A stretch of DNA of 64,000 bases from Anthoceros angustus (Eukaryota > Plantae > Anthocerotophyta): contig VJWM01000118.1 of assembly GCA_010909165.1 (NCBI GenBank), forward strand, positions 496,001-560,000, in the 5' to 3' direction. Shown one piece after another: positions 52,766 to 64,000 of the stretch. The number at the start of each line of letters is the position of its first letter. The first letter of the stretch is position 1. Both the position numbers and the translations under genes were made by a program. The notes beneath the pieces are model-generated. The model worked only from the letters and a program-made list of their open reading frames with translations. It ran no database searches and had not been told where the DNA came from.

Positions 52766-55700
52766 TGTGGGCTATGCACTCGGGAGTTAAGAAATAAGTA
52801 GGGTTTCGCTTTTTAGGATTGAAGGATAAATAAGGCGAAAAGGAGGAATAAATTGGGGTAGCGCCGGACGAGGCTCGGAGTATACTCCGGACTGGAGTGA
52901 ACAACGGACCCGCACACTATGGCAAGCTCGGACTACGCCGAGTAACGGATAAGTCCGAACCCACCTGTGTCAAAATAGGATAAGTACGCCTGTGAAAGTA
53001 ACCTAGGAGCGAGGCGTGAGGATGACGAGGCGCCACGTGGACGGCCCCGAGTGGAGGTCGGGCATGCGAGGTCGACCGTAACTGCCGAGGCCGCAGGCAG
53101 TATTCACGCCCGCGATCGCGCGCGCGTAAGGCCGCAGTAAGCAAGCGAGGGTCGAGTAAGCCATGCACCGCGCTACGGACAACGAAGAGGCGCCTTCCGC
53201 CCAGTTACTTCCACAAGCGCGAGGAGGGAGGTCCGGCAGCCTCCACCCACATTTGCGCCCGCAATCCGGCTCTGGCGCTATCTTTTGGGCGCCCACTTAG
53301 AGCGCTCACAAGGTTGGAGCGGTGACGAAGGAGGAACATCGCCGACTCGCCAGCCACAAAGAACAAGAGGAGGAGAAGCAATGGCACCCAAAAGCCGGGC
53401 GGAGTCTGGGAGCCATGGACCGTGGAGCGCAACATTGTGACCCGCTATCCGGACTTCGGGCCCCGGCCGGAGGAAGCAGGGAATTGGTGGGAAGTGGCAT
53501 CTGGACGTGTTCCAAATGGTCCGGACCTTGACAACGCACTAGTCCGGAGTTTGCCCGAAGATGTGGCGGCGATCAACAAGGAGGTCCGATCCAAGAACCT
53601 CCGGAGGACCCGAGGCGATGGACCTTGAGGTCCCGAGGATGGCCTACAATCAAGGAGGAAGAAGGGGCGTGGTGCCGAGCCCCTTAAGGCGGAAGATAGG
53701 GCCACATGCCGAGGCTCGAACGCAGGACAACCAACGGATGGTTGATATCCGATCCGCCGGATCGAGTAAGGGCGGTAGCCCGGATCATTGTCCATTGAAC
53801 TCGCCACCAAGGTGGATCACCTTGGTGATAACTGCTGGTATTCTCGCATGCGCCCAGGGGAAGAGAGCGGACGGGAAGGATTATCTCGCCTGCTCACCGA
53901 GGCACGCAAGCTAAGGAGCGAGAAGCCTCGCCATCGGTGACCCATACGATTCATGTATGGGGACATTTCGAGCTCCTCAAGGAGGGAGAGCTTGAACGGG
54001 CGCCTAAGGGCCGGAGGCCCCGCCAAGTAGAGCGTGCAAGGGCGCCTGAGGTGGGGGTCGCCCTTCAAGACCAAGCGGACTCGGGAGGAGGACGATCGAG
54101 GATTCCTGACCCCATGCCCTGAGCGAACCCCTCACCACCTGTGGAAGTTTGGGAGGAGATTCTTCCTCCTTTTGGTGCCCTCCTGAGCAGACAGTGAGGG
54201 AGCCGATGCCGAGGCGGCCCGCACCGGCAGACAACAGCCAACAACCACGACGGCCGCCGAGCCCCGACGAACTCAACGGGAGCCAAGAAGACGGCCGCTT
54301 ACCAACGCACTGGGTGCCGGACTTACCCCGCCCACGGAGTGGCAAGAGGTCAAGAGGCGGAGGAAAAGGACGTGGCCCAAGGAGCTGGAGGTCACCGCGC
54401 AGCCCCACCTCGAGCCTGCCTCCCCCGATGTGAAGGGGCAAAGAGCTTGCTCCGGACCCCTCACCTCCTCCGAGCCCCTGTGAGAAAGAGGGCACAAAGG
54501 AGTTAGAGGCCAAGAGGGCCAAGAGGGTGAGACTCTGACCACCACTGTGACCCGAGGGTCCCGATTAGGTCCGAGAACCCCCGACCCCGATCTGGGTGGA
54601 GGTCCTTGGCGGACCGAGAAATGCCGGCCCCACTACGGACTTTGTGGGGGCCTCACCACGGCCGTGGAAGAAACACGGCGAAGTCCTGCTACCGCCATGG
54701 ACGGAATGCTTTGGGGTCTCTGGTTGGGAGAAGACCTGTGAAGTGGAGGCCACCCGAGGAGGATGGTGGAACCCAAGAGCAAGTGAAGGCGGCCGAGGGC
54801 AAAGGAAAGGCGGAGTCCCTCGCCGGATCGAGGAAGGGAAACGCCGGTGGCGGAGCGCGAGGCCCGGCGGTTCAAGCAGACAAGGTTCTTCACCACAAAC
54901 AAGCAAGCAAGCCTGGGAGGCCCAAGCGCCGGGCGGAGGACCTTGCAGAGGGGAAGCGCAGCAGAGGCGGAAGAGGCCCGGCACGCAGAGAGCTCGGGAC
55001 TGGCGGAGGCGGCCCGGCCAGAGCAAGGGGCGGGGCGGCCTGTAAAGGCGGCGAAGGAGTCAAGCCGCAAAGAGCGACCGGATCACTACAGACGTGATCG
55101 GGCCGGTGGAGAGTCACAGCAGCAATGAGGTTAACTCAAGGCCGTGACAAAGGGCTATGGAGTGCAAGGGCCAAAGGAGGAGATGGAGGCCAAGACTCGG
55201 GAGATAGGAGATCTCCGAGTACACAGGAAGTAGAGGAGGCAGCAGATGGAGGATGAAGGACACGCTGAGCTACAACTCCAAGATGCGCGGAGCAGTGATT
55301 CTCAACGAGAGAATCCACGACTCGAGCACGAAATAGAGTGCCCAGCCGCTCAAGACGGAGGAAAATCGGCGACTATCCAAGGAGTTGGACGCTGCTGTGC
55401 CATGAGCCGGAGGAAGTCCGAGCCTGGACGGAGGTACCGATGAGAGGGAGTCGGAGCTAAAGGCCGTAATGAACGGAGCGCGAGCACCGGAAGAAAAGAA
55501 GCCGGTCCACCGAGAAAGGCGGAAGGGAACGCCGCGCTATGGCGGTAAGCCGCAATGGAGAAAAACGACGGAGCCGGAGTGAGCAACAAAGGCACTGGAG
55601 GTGACCGAGGCCGCCTCGCGTGATATGCCGGCCCACCACAACCGGGCAGAGAGGTGGCCCAACAAGCGCAAAGACGACCCCTAACACTTATGGCGGAGGG

Positions 55701-57152
55701 AGTATCGGTGCCCGCACACGTGGAAGAGGCAATTCAACAAGTCGATCTACTTTGCCTATTACCACGCCGAGCTCCCCAAGTGAGAAGCCTCGACGCCTCA
55801 GAAACGGGACGGACTGGAAGGCTCAAGGAGATGAAGGCCACGGGAAAGACAGGACCCTAGTGGCCCTGCTTGAGATGACGGAGCGGAGAGGAGCAACTGA
55901 GGAGCAGAACGAGGGAGCGCGGATGCGATCGAGGTAAGCACCCGCACCTCACCATGGAAGGAGGGGCCAACGGGAGTCACCGGGCGATCGGCTGGAAGGA
56001 CTTCGAGGGAGAGCCACTGAGGAGTCCCGTGAGGGAGGAAACCGGGTGGGCGTGAGTCGGACTTTGTCCGACCAGAGGGAGGCCGGACCACAGTCCGGAC
56101 CTCAAGTCCGGACCGAGGTCCGGACCCCGAGACAAGGTCGGACCTAGCCACGGACAGAATAAGCCGACTCAAGTTCGGAGTCGAGACAGACCTCGAGGAC
56201 CGGACCGCGGCAAGAAGGAGGAGCCCCTTCGACTTACGCTTAGGGGAGCAGATAGCCGGTGGCCCCACCGCCGAGACCTGTGGGAGGCCAGGAGGATGAT
56301 TGGTAACGGCGTTGTCGATCCGCCAGAGCCCAACCCGGCTGTGATTCCGGGAGAGGAGGGGCCCCGCCACGGATCATCCGATTGGGTGCGCACAACCGCT
56401 GTGACGGGGATTGACCACCCATCCGAGGCGGCCTGTGACCTTCCCACCACAACGAAGGAGATAGGGGAAAATAGGTAGGTAGGCCGATTAGGGTATACCG
56501 AAATTACGCCCGTAATAGGGGTGTAATAAAGACGCCGCCTTGGGCGCAGATAAGAGGGCCGAGCCTAGTAAAGCATCTTTCTCTTGGTGTTGATGCTGCT
56601 GCACCTTTGTGAGTCTTCTTGCTAACGTGAGTCCCGAGTCACCGAAAGGTGCACAGGCGCCCGGGAGATTGATCAAGGTCCCGTGACGGACTTAACGCTG
56701 TGGTGTGTGTGCGGGGAAGGGTGACCGGTGATCCGTCCCCGAGCCGCGCCCGGCACCGAACGGACTGAACGTGAGCCGGAGGAACCCGGAGGGCGTGTAG
56801 AGCCCGGACGAGAGGCCCGCGAACGACGAGGAGGTCCGGACTGTAACCCGCGTTTTTCTAAGACCAAGAGTGTAGCGTGAGGGGAGAGAGGAAAGGACTG
56901 GATGCGTGAGGGATGATGTGAACGATACGGACGCCGAACGGGTCCTTAAACGCTTGGCCATACCGGCTCAGACGGTGAACGCTGTGAGTAGTTAGGAGTA
57001 TGTGTGTGTGTTGAGGACCGAACGAGCGCTAAGGACGTAAGAATCACCAAACGCGGTAAACGGAGCCTATCATTCCCTTGGGAACGGACTTCTTCCTACA
57101 ACGACACGGGATTGTGCGCGCCCGGCTGGCCATCAGCAAAAGTCGCGCCACA
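52766..57152 (+). repeat. LTR3 (4387 bp)
   Basis: Begins TGTGGGC after the PPT; ends GCCACA followed by the TSD GCTAT. Confidence 0.92.
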
Positions 57153-58230
57153 GCTATCTTCTCCGGCAACGTTCTTGGGTGATTGGGCCCTCTCCGCGCT
57201 TGCTTTGGCCTCCCGATTCATCCATCTAGACAGGCCCTTTCTAGTGGATTTTTTTGGGAGGGAGCTTTCCCTCTCCAAGTATCTTTGATTCTGGCTAGGG
57301 ATATGATATCGGCTAATGCGCGGTGCAGCTTCTCTCCCTTCACGACATTCATCACCGATGGTTTCAGGGGGTTGCAGGCTTCCCTGCTTGAGAAGCAGCT
57401 TGGTTAGGCATTCTAGTGCGTCCTCACAGACCCCTCCATCCCTAGGTCCATAAGAGCTTGACTTCACTCTTACTCTGGGAAGGGCGCAGACACTTGGCTA
57501 CTGGCTCATCCATGTATTCGGGGTTTTCACAACGCACCAACCACCTTCTTTACTGCGATGCGCTTCCATCTAAGCTTGCACCAGCTTGTGGCTTCTTCTC
57601 TCCTTACTTACGAATGCAGATCTACCCTCGATGACTCTAGGATACACCTTGCTTGTTGCCCCCATGGGGGTTATCGCATTTCCACCCATGATGCCATCAG
57701 CGATGTCATGTTCGCCATTGCTTGCGAAAGTGGCTACATGGCCTGGAGGGAGCGGGGCCACACTCTTCATATAGGTCATCAATCGTATCGACTTGTATCT
57801 CATTCGGACGACTGTGCTCGCAGTGGTTGCACGCAGTCAATCGACCGTGACGACCATTTTGCAGGTTATCACTAACCATCCAAGTTGCATGTTAGAGCTA
57901 TCAAAGTCGAAATGTAAGCGGATGCGCACCAATTCATTCCGCTCGTCCTTGAAACATATGAGGCGTTGGCTAAGGACTTCGATACATTTCTCAAGTCCTT
58001 GCCAAGGCCTATCATGCCCGCAGGCACAGTGCGGGGCTGTCCCTTTCCTATTTCATGACATTCTTCAGACAACGAGTGTCAACTGCTCTTCAATGAGCTC
58101 TCTCTACGGCGATCATCCACAAAGTAGTGACAGCAAGTGACGCATCCTTCTCTATCTTCTTGGTTTGTAGGCCATTTTCTCTTCCCACGGGTCCCTTTCT
58201 GTTGTCCTCTGCTGGATGCGCTTCTCCCAT
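57153..58230 (+). mobile_element. Non-LTR retrotransposon, CRE/RLE-type, downstream part (RT thumb, zinc knuckle, endonuclease region)
   Basis: Continues LSLELS|SPATFLGDWAL across the TSD; ECRSTLDDSRIHLACCPHGG..THDAISD; FIPLVLETY; FRQRVSTALQ. Confidence 0.85.
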
Positions 58231-59100
58231 CAAAATTTTTCCCTAAATAATTATTTTTTTGCATAATCAAGGGGTTCTTGTACATTGTGGATTGTTGATT
58301 TATGATTAGCAATATTGCATAAAAATATAGTTCGATATTCTCCATGCCCATCTATATCTTCATAAAAAAATTAACTATAAGAAAATACCTACTAGATTTT
58401 GCAAGATGTTAGATGTATCTAGAGTATATTATTCAATACCCAATATTAAAATATAAAATAATATATATCGAATATAGATTCATAAACCTCTAGTAGATCA
58501 AGTCCAAAGGCTATACATGTAGACCTATAGTGTGCCCACCCACACTGAACCTGCACTGAACCTGCACTTCTAACTAGGGTTTGGAAGGACGCCACTGCCG
58601 GGGAGCATCCAAGCAAGCAGCGACGAGGAACTTCACCCAAGGTAGGTGAAGGGATTAAACAGCTAAAAGCTGAACGAAATGGTTGATAAGTAGGAGTGAC
58701 GAAATACCGTCGTGTGGATGTGCGACCGATTCCGTGCGTGTTCACACCGCTGGCAGCCGCGAAGGAGAGGAGGGCAGACTCCAAGGTGTCGTCGCGTCGT
58801 GCTGCTGAATCACCGCCGGTAGGTCGAGCTGGCTGCGATGACCACGCCCTGCCTTCCCATTGGCCCGGCTCCGTGGCCAATTCCGCGCTGGCTTCGCAAG
58901 CCGATCTGAGATCGCTGCGCATCCCAGCCGCCTTGCTTGCTTCCTGGAATGCGCCCTTGCTTGCTTGCATGCTTATAAGATCGGGGCGAGGCAGGCTCGT
59001 CTTTGCCGACTGCGGATCTGGTGTGACTGCTGCCTGGGGCTGGGACTGAGGGTGGTTGTATGTCGGTGGAGCAGGGCGGAATCGGAGCGGGAAGGGGACG

Positions 59101-60651
59101 ATGGAGTGGCGGGTGGGAGTCGTGTTGTTGCTCCTGATCTCGGCCCCGTGGGGGTTCGCGGCGGGGGAGGAGGCGGAGGGGAAGGAGGACGGAGAGCCGG
59201 CCAAGCCTAGCTCCGTTCTGGAGCTGGATGCGTCCAGTTTTGAAGATGCCGTGGCGAAGCATGACTTCATCGTGGTGGAGTTTTACGCGCCGTGGTGCGG
59301 CCATTGTAAGAATCTGGCCCCGGAGTACGAGAAGGCGGCGGAGATTTTGAAGGAGAACGATCCTCCCATCATCCTGGCCAAGGTGGACGGGAACGAGGAG
59401 AGCAACAAGGCGCTGTTGGAGGAGCACGATGTGCGGGGGTTTCCCACGCTCAAGATCTTCCGGAGCAAGGGTTTGGTCGGTGAGGAGTACAAGGGGCCGC
59501 GGGATGCGGAAGGGATTGTGGAGTACTTGAAGAAGCAGGCAGGGCCGGTGTCGCAGGAGCTGAAGTCGGCGGAGCAGGCGAAGGAGTTTGTGGCTAGCGG
59601 TCCCGTGGTGATTGTAGGTTTGTTTGAGGAGTTCGAGGGGGAGGACTACTCCAGGTTTATCATCGCGGCGGAGTCGGTGCGGTCGGATTTTGTTTTTGCG
59701 CACACCAAGGATCCCTCGCACTTGCCCGGGGATGTGAAGGCGCCGGCTGTGGGGCTTTTCAAGGCCTTTGATGAGGGGTTTGCGAGCAGCAAGGACTTCA
59801 GTTTGCAGGCGCTTACGGCCTTCTTTGAGGAGGAGAGTTTGCCGTTGGTGACGGAGATGAACAAGGACCCGGCGTCGCATCCCTTCCTGCTCAGGTTCTT
59901 CAACCACCCGGACCCTAAGGTGTTCTTTTTGGTGGATTACTCGTCGAGCAATATCGATGAGCACAAGAAGGTGTATTCGGAGCAGGCCAAGGTTACCAAG
60001 GGGAAGGGCCTCAAGTTCTTGATCGCCAACTTGGAGGAGGCTGATAATGCCCTCAAGTTTTTCGGGCTAGAGAGGGAGGTGGCCCCCGTCCTCATCATCC
60101 ACGACAACGAGGACCACAAGTTCATCAAGCAGAATGCCGAACCCTCGGAGGTGGCGTCCTGGATTTCTGACTACTTCGAGGGCAAGTTGGTGCCGCATGT
60201 GAAGTCCGAGCCTGTTCCCGAGACCAATGATGAGCCCGTGAAGGTTGTGGTGGGGAAGACGTTGAAAAGCTTTCTGGATTCTGGCAAGTTCGTCCTGTTG
60301 GAGTTCTACGCCCCGTGGTGTGGGCACTGCAAGAAGCTGGCTCCCACTCTGGATGAAGTGGCTGAGTCCTTTAAGGACAAGTCTGATGTGGTGATCGCCA
60401 AGTTCGATGCCACGGCCAACGATGTTCCCAAGGATGTGTTCCAGGTGGACGGCTTTCCGACCTTGTATCTCCATACTCCCAAAGGTGATGTCGTTCTATA
60501 CACCGGTGACCGGAGCAAGGAAGATCTCATAGAGTTCATTGAGAAGCATAGGAACCCAGACTTTGTAAGCCATCTGGAATCAGTGACAGAGTCTACGACA
60601 GAAGAGTCCAAGACAGGAGAGGGTGCAGAGGATGTCAAAGATGAGTTGTAA
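59101..60651 (+). CDS. PDIL1: Protein disulfide isomerase (a-b-b'-a'), 516 aa, intronless
   Basis: Signal peptide, two WCGHCK thioredoxin sites, C-terminal KDEL; one uninterrupted frame. Confidence 0.96.
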   Translation: MEWRVGVVLLLLISAPWGFAAGEEAEGKEDGEPAKPSSVLELDASSFEDAVAKHDFIVVEFYAPWCGHCKNLAPEYEKAAEILKENDPPIILAKVDGNEESNKALLEEHDVRGFPTLKIFRSKGLVGEEYKGPRDAEGIVEYLKKQAGPVSQELKSAEQAKEFVASGPVVIVGLFEEFEGEDYSRFIIAAESVRSDFVFAHTKDPSHLPGDVKAPAVGLFKAFDEGFASSKDFSLQALTAFFEEESLPLVTEMNKDPASHPFLLRFFNHPDPKVFFLVDYSSSNIDEHKKVYSEQAKVTKGKGLKFLIANLEEADNALKFFGLEREVAPVLIIHDNEDHKFIKQNAEPSEVASWISDYFEGKLVPHVKSEPVPETNDEPVKVVVGKTLKSFLDSGKFVLLEFYAPWCGHCKKLAPTLDEVAESFKDKSDVVIAKFDATANDVPKDVFQVDGFPTLYLHTPKGDVVLYTGDRSKEDLIEFIEKHRNPDFVSHLESVTESTTEESKTGEGAEDVKDEL

Positions 60652-61120
60652 GATAGAGAGCGGACTGAACTAGTTAGGGTTCTCAAACTCTTGCTTGAAC
60701 ATTGCCTGGGTAATATGACAACCCTCCAGCTTTGCTTCATCTCTGTGTTTCAGAATGGCACGCAATAGGCCCACCTTGCTTGACTTGACATCCGAAGAGG
60801 CAGCTGTTCGCAGCTGCTTTTCTGTAACAGCTTGCGGTTGTTGCTTTTTGGAACAAATCAACAAACACTAATAGCACATGGGTAAACACACAGAGACATG
60901 GTCTCCCTCGCAGATCTAGTCTCGTATTCATGTCACTGGAAGATCTTTTGTCGCGCATCCATGTCCTGTGCAAGTCAGGGTCAGGAAGTTGCTGCCAGCT
61001 ATGAACTTACTGTCGGCCTTCGGTCAAAGTTTTCAGGATACTTGTCTAGATTTATACAGCGCAAGGATAACAAAATCGTCGTGGCACAATGAGGCTACAC
61101 GCAATGGAAGACCTAGTCCA

Positions 61121-61292
61121 GTAGTCGCACACTGTTATGGAGCAAGTCAGTCTGTACAAGTCTCGTCACATAGCTAAGCTCTCACAACGCATTAATAACG
61201 AGGGCATCGTGGCACAGCGGGACTCAGACGCGATGGAGGGTCTAGTCGCACACTGTTTTGCGTGAAGGGTCTAGTCGCACACTGTTTTGCGC
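61121..61292. repeat. Short repeat tagtcgcacactgtt x3 (two within a ~30-bp tandem duplication)
   Basis: Copies near 61122, 61242 and 61272. Confidence 0.7.
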
Positions 61293-61657
61293 TAGTCAGA
61301 CTGAAACAGTCGCTCGTTACATCCGTTTTGAATTTAAATTTGTAGAGCTCCGGAGAGCTCAGCCCAAAAAGTCGTGTATGCCGCTTTTAGATTCCCGCGC
61401 ACGGTATTCTTTAGTAAAAGGCGAAAGAATAGTTCGCTGTGCGTTGAAACCGCAGCTCATGGAATTACCTTGGGAGGACGCGGGTTTATGAACCAGAGGG
61501 AGTGTGCACAAGGCTCCGTGGTCAATATGGGGTATATATTCTTGCCTTGGGGACTTAATGCGCTTCTAGCCTGTTCTGTGAGTGTCCGAGTTAAACCCCG
61601 CCAGTTCAGGATTTTCGAACTTCATAGACCTACTAGGGTATAAGCATGTACTCGTAG

Positions 61658-62400
61658 AGTAACACCCCCTTTTCAGGGAGGTGGGGCCGTCATGTAGTTA
61701 GTGACAAAAACATCACCAGACACCAGCACTAGGCCTCCAAGTAGCCCGCCGTCCTTCCACGGACGACTGGTGACGTCTGCCGCTGCTCCAAGTAGCCCGC
61801 CGTCCTTCCACGGGATGACTCAGCCGACGTCATTGCTTTATACCAACAAGAGTCAACAAGAATACATGAGAGATCAGAGAGAGCTCCTCATCTTTGCCTA
61901 AGCTAGAAGCTTAGCTCTCTCCCCTCGATCTCCTCCTCAACAGCTGTCCTCTAGCACGCTCACACTCTAGGCTCCCAAGGCCTCTAGGCTCCAAAGTCCT
62001 ATCTTCACAAGAGTGTAGCTCCCAAGTGCTAGGATCCTTCTTGACATGCTCACACTCAAGGCTCCCAAGGCCTTTAGGCTCCAAAGTTCTATCCTCACGA
62101 GTGTAGCTCCCCATGCTAGGATCACAAGATGCTTCTCTACGGCTAGCCTCATCTCCTTTTATAGGGAGGCTTACAACATTTCCAAAGTAACTGCTTAAAG
62201 CAGACTTTCTTCCTTAAGCCCTAAGCTAAGTCTTACCACCACTACTTACAACTTACTGACTAGATCCATGGCTGCATGCTAGACTTTCTTCCTTAAGCCC
62301 TAAGCTAAGTCTTACCACCACTACTTACAACTTACTAACTAGATCCATTGCTGCATGCTAGACTTTCTTCCTTAAGCCCTAAGCTAAGTCTTACCACCAC
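61658..62400 (-). mobile_element. Degenerate solo-LTR-like remnant with internal tandem repeats
   Basis: (A)GTAACACCCC terminus resembling TGTAACACCCC; minus-strand CCCTATAAAAGG near 62155-62166; no second terminus or TSD found. Confidence 0.45.
62202..62400. repeat. 79-bp tandem repeat, 2.5 copies
   Basis: agactttcttccttaagccc starts at 62202, 62281 and 62360. Confidence 0.92.
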
Positions 62401-62782
62401 CAATTTTTGTAACTATATGCATATATTAGACCTCGCATCATAAAAGTCTAGCTATGTCTTCCATTAACAAGTTTGTTTCTTATCTTTGTAATTCGTTTGA
62501 TCAATCTCATTCAAGTTATTCTAATGAAAACCCTCACAAATAAAACTTTCTCATTTTGCGGTCTCACAATGAGCTAATTATCAAATAAGCCACATACATG
62601 AGAATGCAAAACTAATTAAACTAACGGTTGTTTTGATGTACGTGAATTTTTAGCATGTATTTCTAGTGTGGAAGTGTTAGTGAAAAGAGGTGCATCTAAG
62701 TAACAGCCTAGAGAAAGATGATAGGTTTATACTACAGTAATTTGTCCACTGTGTTTATCTACAGGATGCATGACGACTTGTA

Positions 62783-62915
62783 CAATTATGATATAGAACT
62801 ATTCAACAAATAAATAACATGTTAGTTTTGTCCTTGCTAAAAAAAGGCCAATTATGATATAGAACTATTCAACAAATAAATAACATGTTAGTTTTGTCCT
62901 TGCTAAAAAAGGCAA
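62783..62915. repeat. 66-bp tandem duplication
   Basis: caattatgatatagaactattcaac starts at 62783 and 62849. Confidence 0.92.
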
Positions 62916-64000
62916 CAATGTTCTGCATAAAGTATGTAAAATAGTTGGTGAAACCTGTGTACATAAAATAGCTCGTGCACCCAAGACCTTCAAAATCTTC
63001 GGCACCACGACCCATGAAGAAGAAGAAGAATTTTATTTAAGTCCGCTAAGGACGGATTTCCATCATGGGACTGAAATATGATAACTGCATCCATGGAAGA
63101 TGGATTTATCCCATCTTTTTGTAGTCATTAAAGCATCTATTAATTATTCTTTACATACTATTCAAGTCTTTAGAAGATGATATTATAAGGAAAAAATAAT
63201 TATTTACTTTCTCGAGATTTATGCATATTCTCACATTTTTCATGTGTTCACATATTCTTTGCAATTTTCACAAAAGTTTATATGTTCTTATGCCTACACA
63301 TGTGATTAGTGCATCTTTTTAAAAATTAATTGTTTCTTATTTCCATGGGTTTATTTGGTGTATTCAAATGCGGGTTAGTACATATGTTCACAACAAAGAA
63401 CTATGAGGTTCTTATAATGCATTATGTAAAACACACATACATAAGGACTATGAGATTTGAGTTCTCATTTGCATGTACTTATCCGTCACTGGTTGTAGGA
63501 TACTTGTCTTCTGATAATTTGGGGAGCTCAAAATGAATTCATCCTATTTTGTTATCAAAATCAAAGTGCCAGTATTTGTTGGTTTGGTTTTGCTGTCGTA
63601 CTCTTGTCCCACGACCGCAGCAAGATTAGACTTTCCAAGTTCAACTTCTATGTTTTTGTCATCCCTTAAGCCACAACAATCACCTCAAGTCCTTGCACAG
63701 GAAGTTCCGCAATGTCCTTGCACTCAAGTTGCTGACCCTCGAAGCAACACATGCCCCCCTAAGAAAATCTTTGTATGCCTTTGTTACCTTACCATTGGAT
63801 CTAAAGAACAATACGGCATTTGCACAAGACCACTTGATATGATATACCCGAAATGTTATCAATCTTCATTTCCAATATGGCCTGATGCACCGTGGGCACA
63901 ATGGAACATACTTTGTAGATGTCCACTTCAATGTGCAATATGTAAGGCAGAACTTAGAAATTAAAATAGACTTTGGTCACAAGTCTTGTTGTTCTTTCGT

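Larger units (their letters stand above)
26524..57152 (+). mobile_element. Athila-like (non-chromovirus) Ty3/gypsy insertion, tandem LTR-I-LTR-I-LTR, flanked by TSD GCTAT
   Basis: GCTAT at 26519-26523 and 57153-57157; termini TGTGG...CCACA; two PBS, two PPT, two gag-pol regions. Confidence 0.93.

Noticed and set aside
26550-57000. Many 60-260 aa ORFs on the minus strand of the LTRs and internal regions
   Set aside because: Shadows of GC-rich repeat sequence with inconsistent ends between copies. An antisense gene is not formally excluded, but no shared start/stop pair was found.
58810-59964. 384-aa minus-strand ORF
   Set aside because: Antisense shadow of the GC-rich PDI coding sequence; no recognisable motifs.
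63533-63964. 143-aa Cys-rich ORF with a hydrophobic N-terminus
   Set aside because: No recognisable Cys pattern or family; lies in AT-rich degenerate DNA; could be chance.

Overview
Eukaryotic, plant-type genomic DNA: gene-dense, GC-rich, mostly 85-450 bp introns. A bryophyte such as a hornwort is inferred, not shown. Layout: (1) 1-3402, 5' half of a minus-strand Ty3/gypsy element (gag, protease, RT start, tRNA-Met PBS, 489-bp LTR). (2) 3.4-8.3 kb, TORNADO1-like LRR-Roc-COR pseudogene, partly duplicated in a 2.2-kb tandem repeat. (3) 10.6-24.3 kb, clean intact genes: mitochondrial-type bL31, a conserved unknown protein, ARFC1, phospholipase D delta-like, BBX18/19-like, CSN1. (4) 25.4-58.2 kb, a CRE/RLE-type non-LTR retrotransposon split at a GCTAT target-site duplication by a 30.6-kb Athila-like Ty3/gypsy insertion with structure LTR-internal-LTR-internal-LTR. 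(5) An intronless PDI at 59.1-60.7 kb, then an LTR-like remnant and short tandem repeats. Top candidate for a new system: the ~4.35-kb LTRs appear to carry a ~1000-codon ORF, with a perfect splice donor between PBS and gag and a splice acceptor ~50 nt inside the LTR, which predicts a retrovirus-like spliced subgenomic mRNA for an LTR-encoded protein. Second candidate: a spliced bicistronic bL31/unknown-protein transcript. Caveat: repeats are full of small indels that look like unpolished long-read error, so repeat ORFs are reconstructed across frameshifts and repeat copy number may be partly artefactual. No database searches were run; family calls come from recognised motifs.
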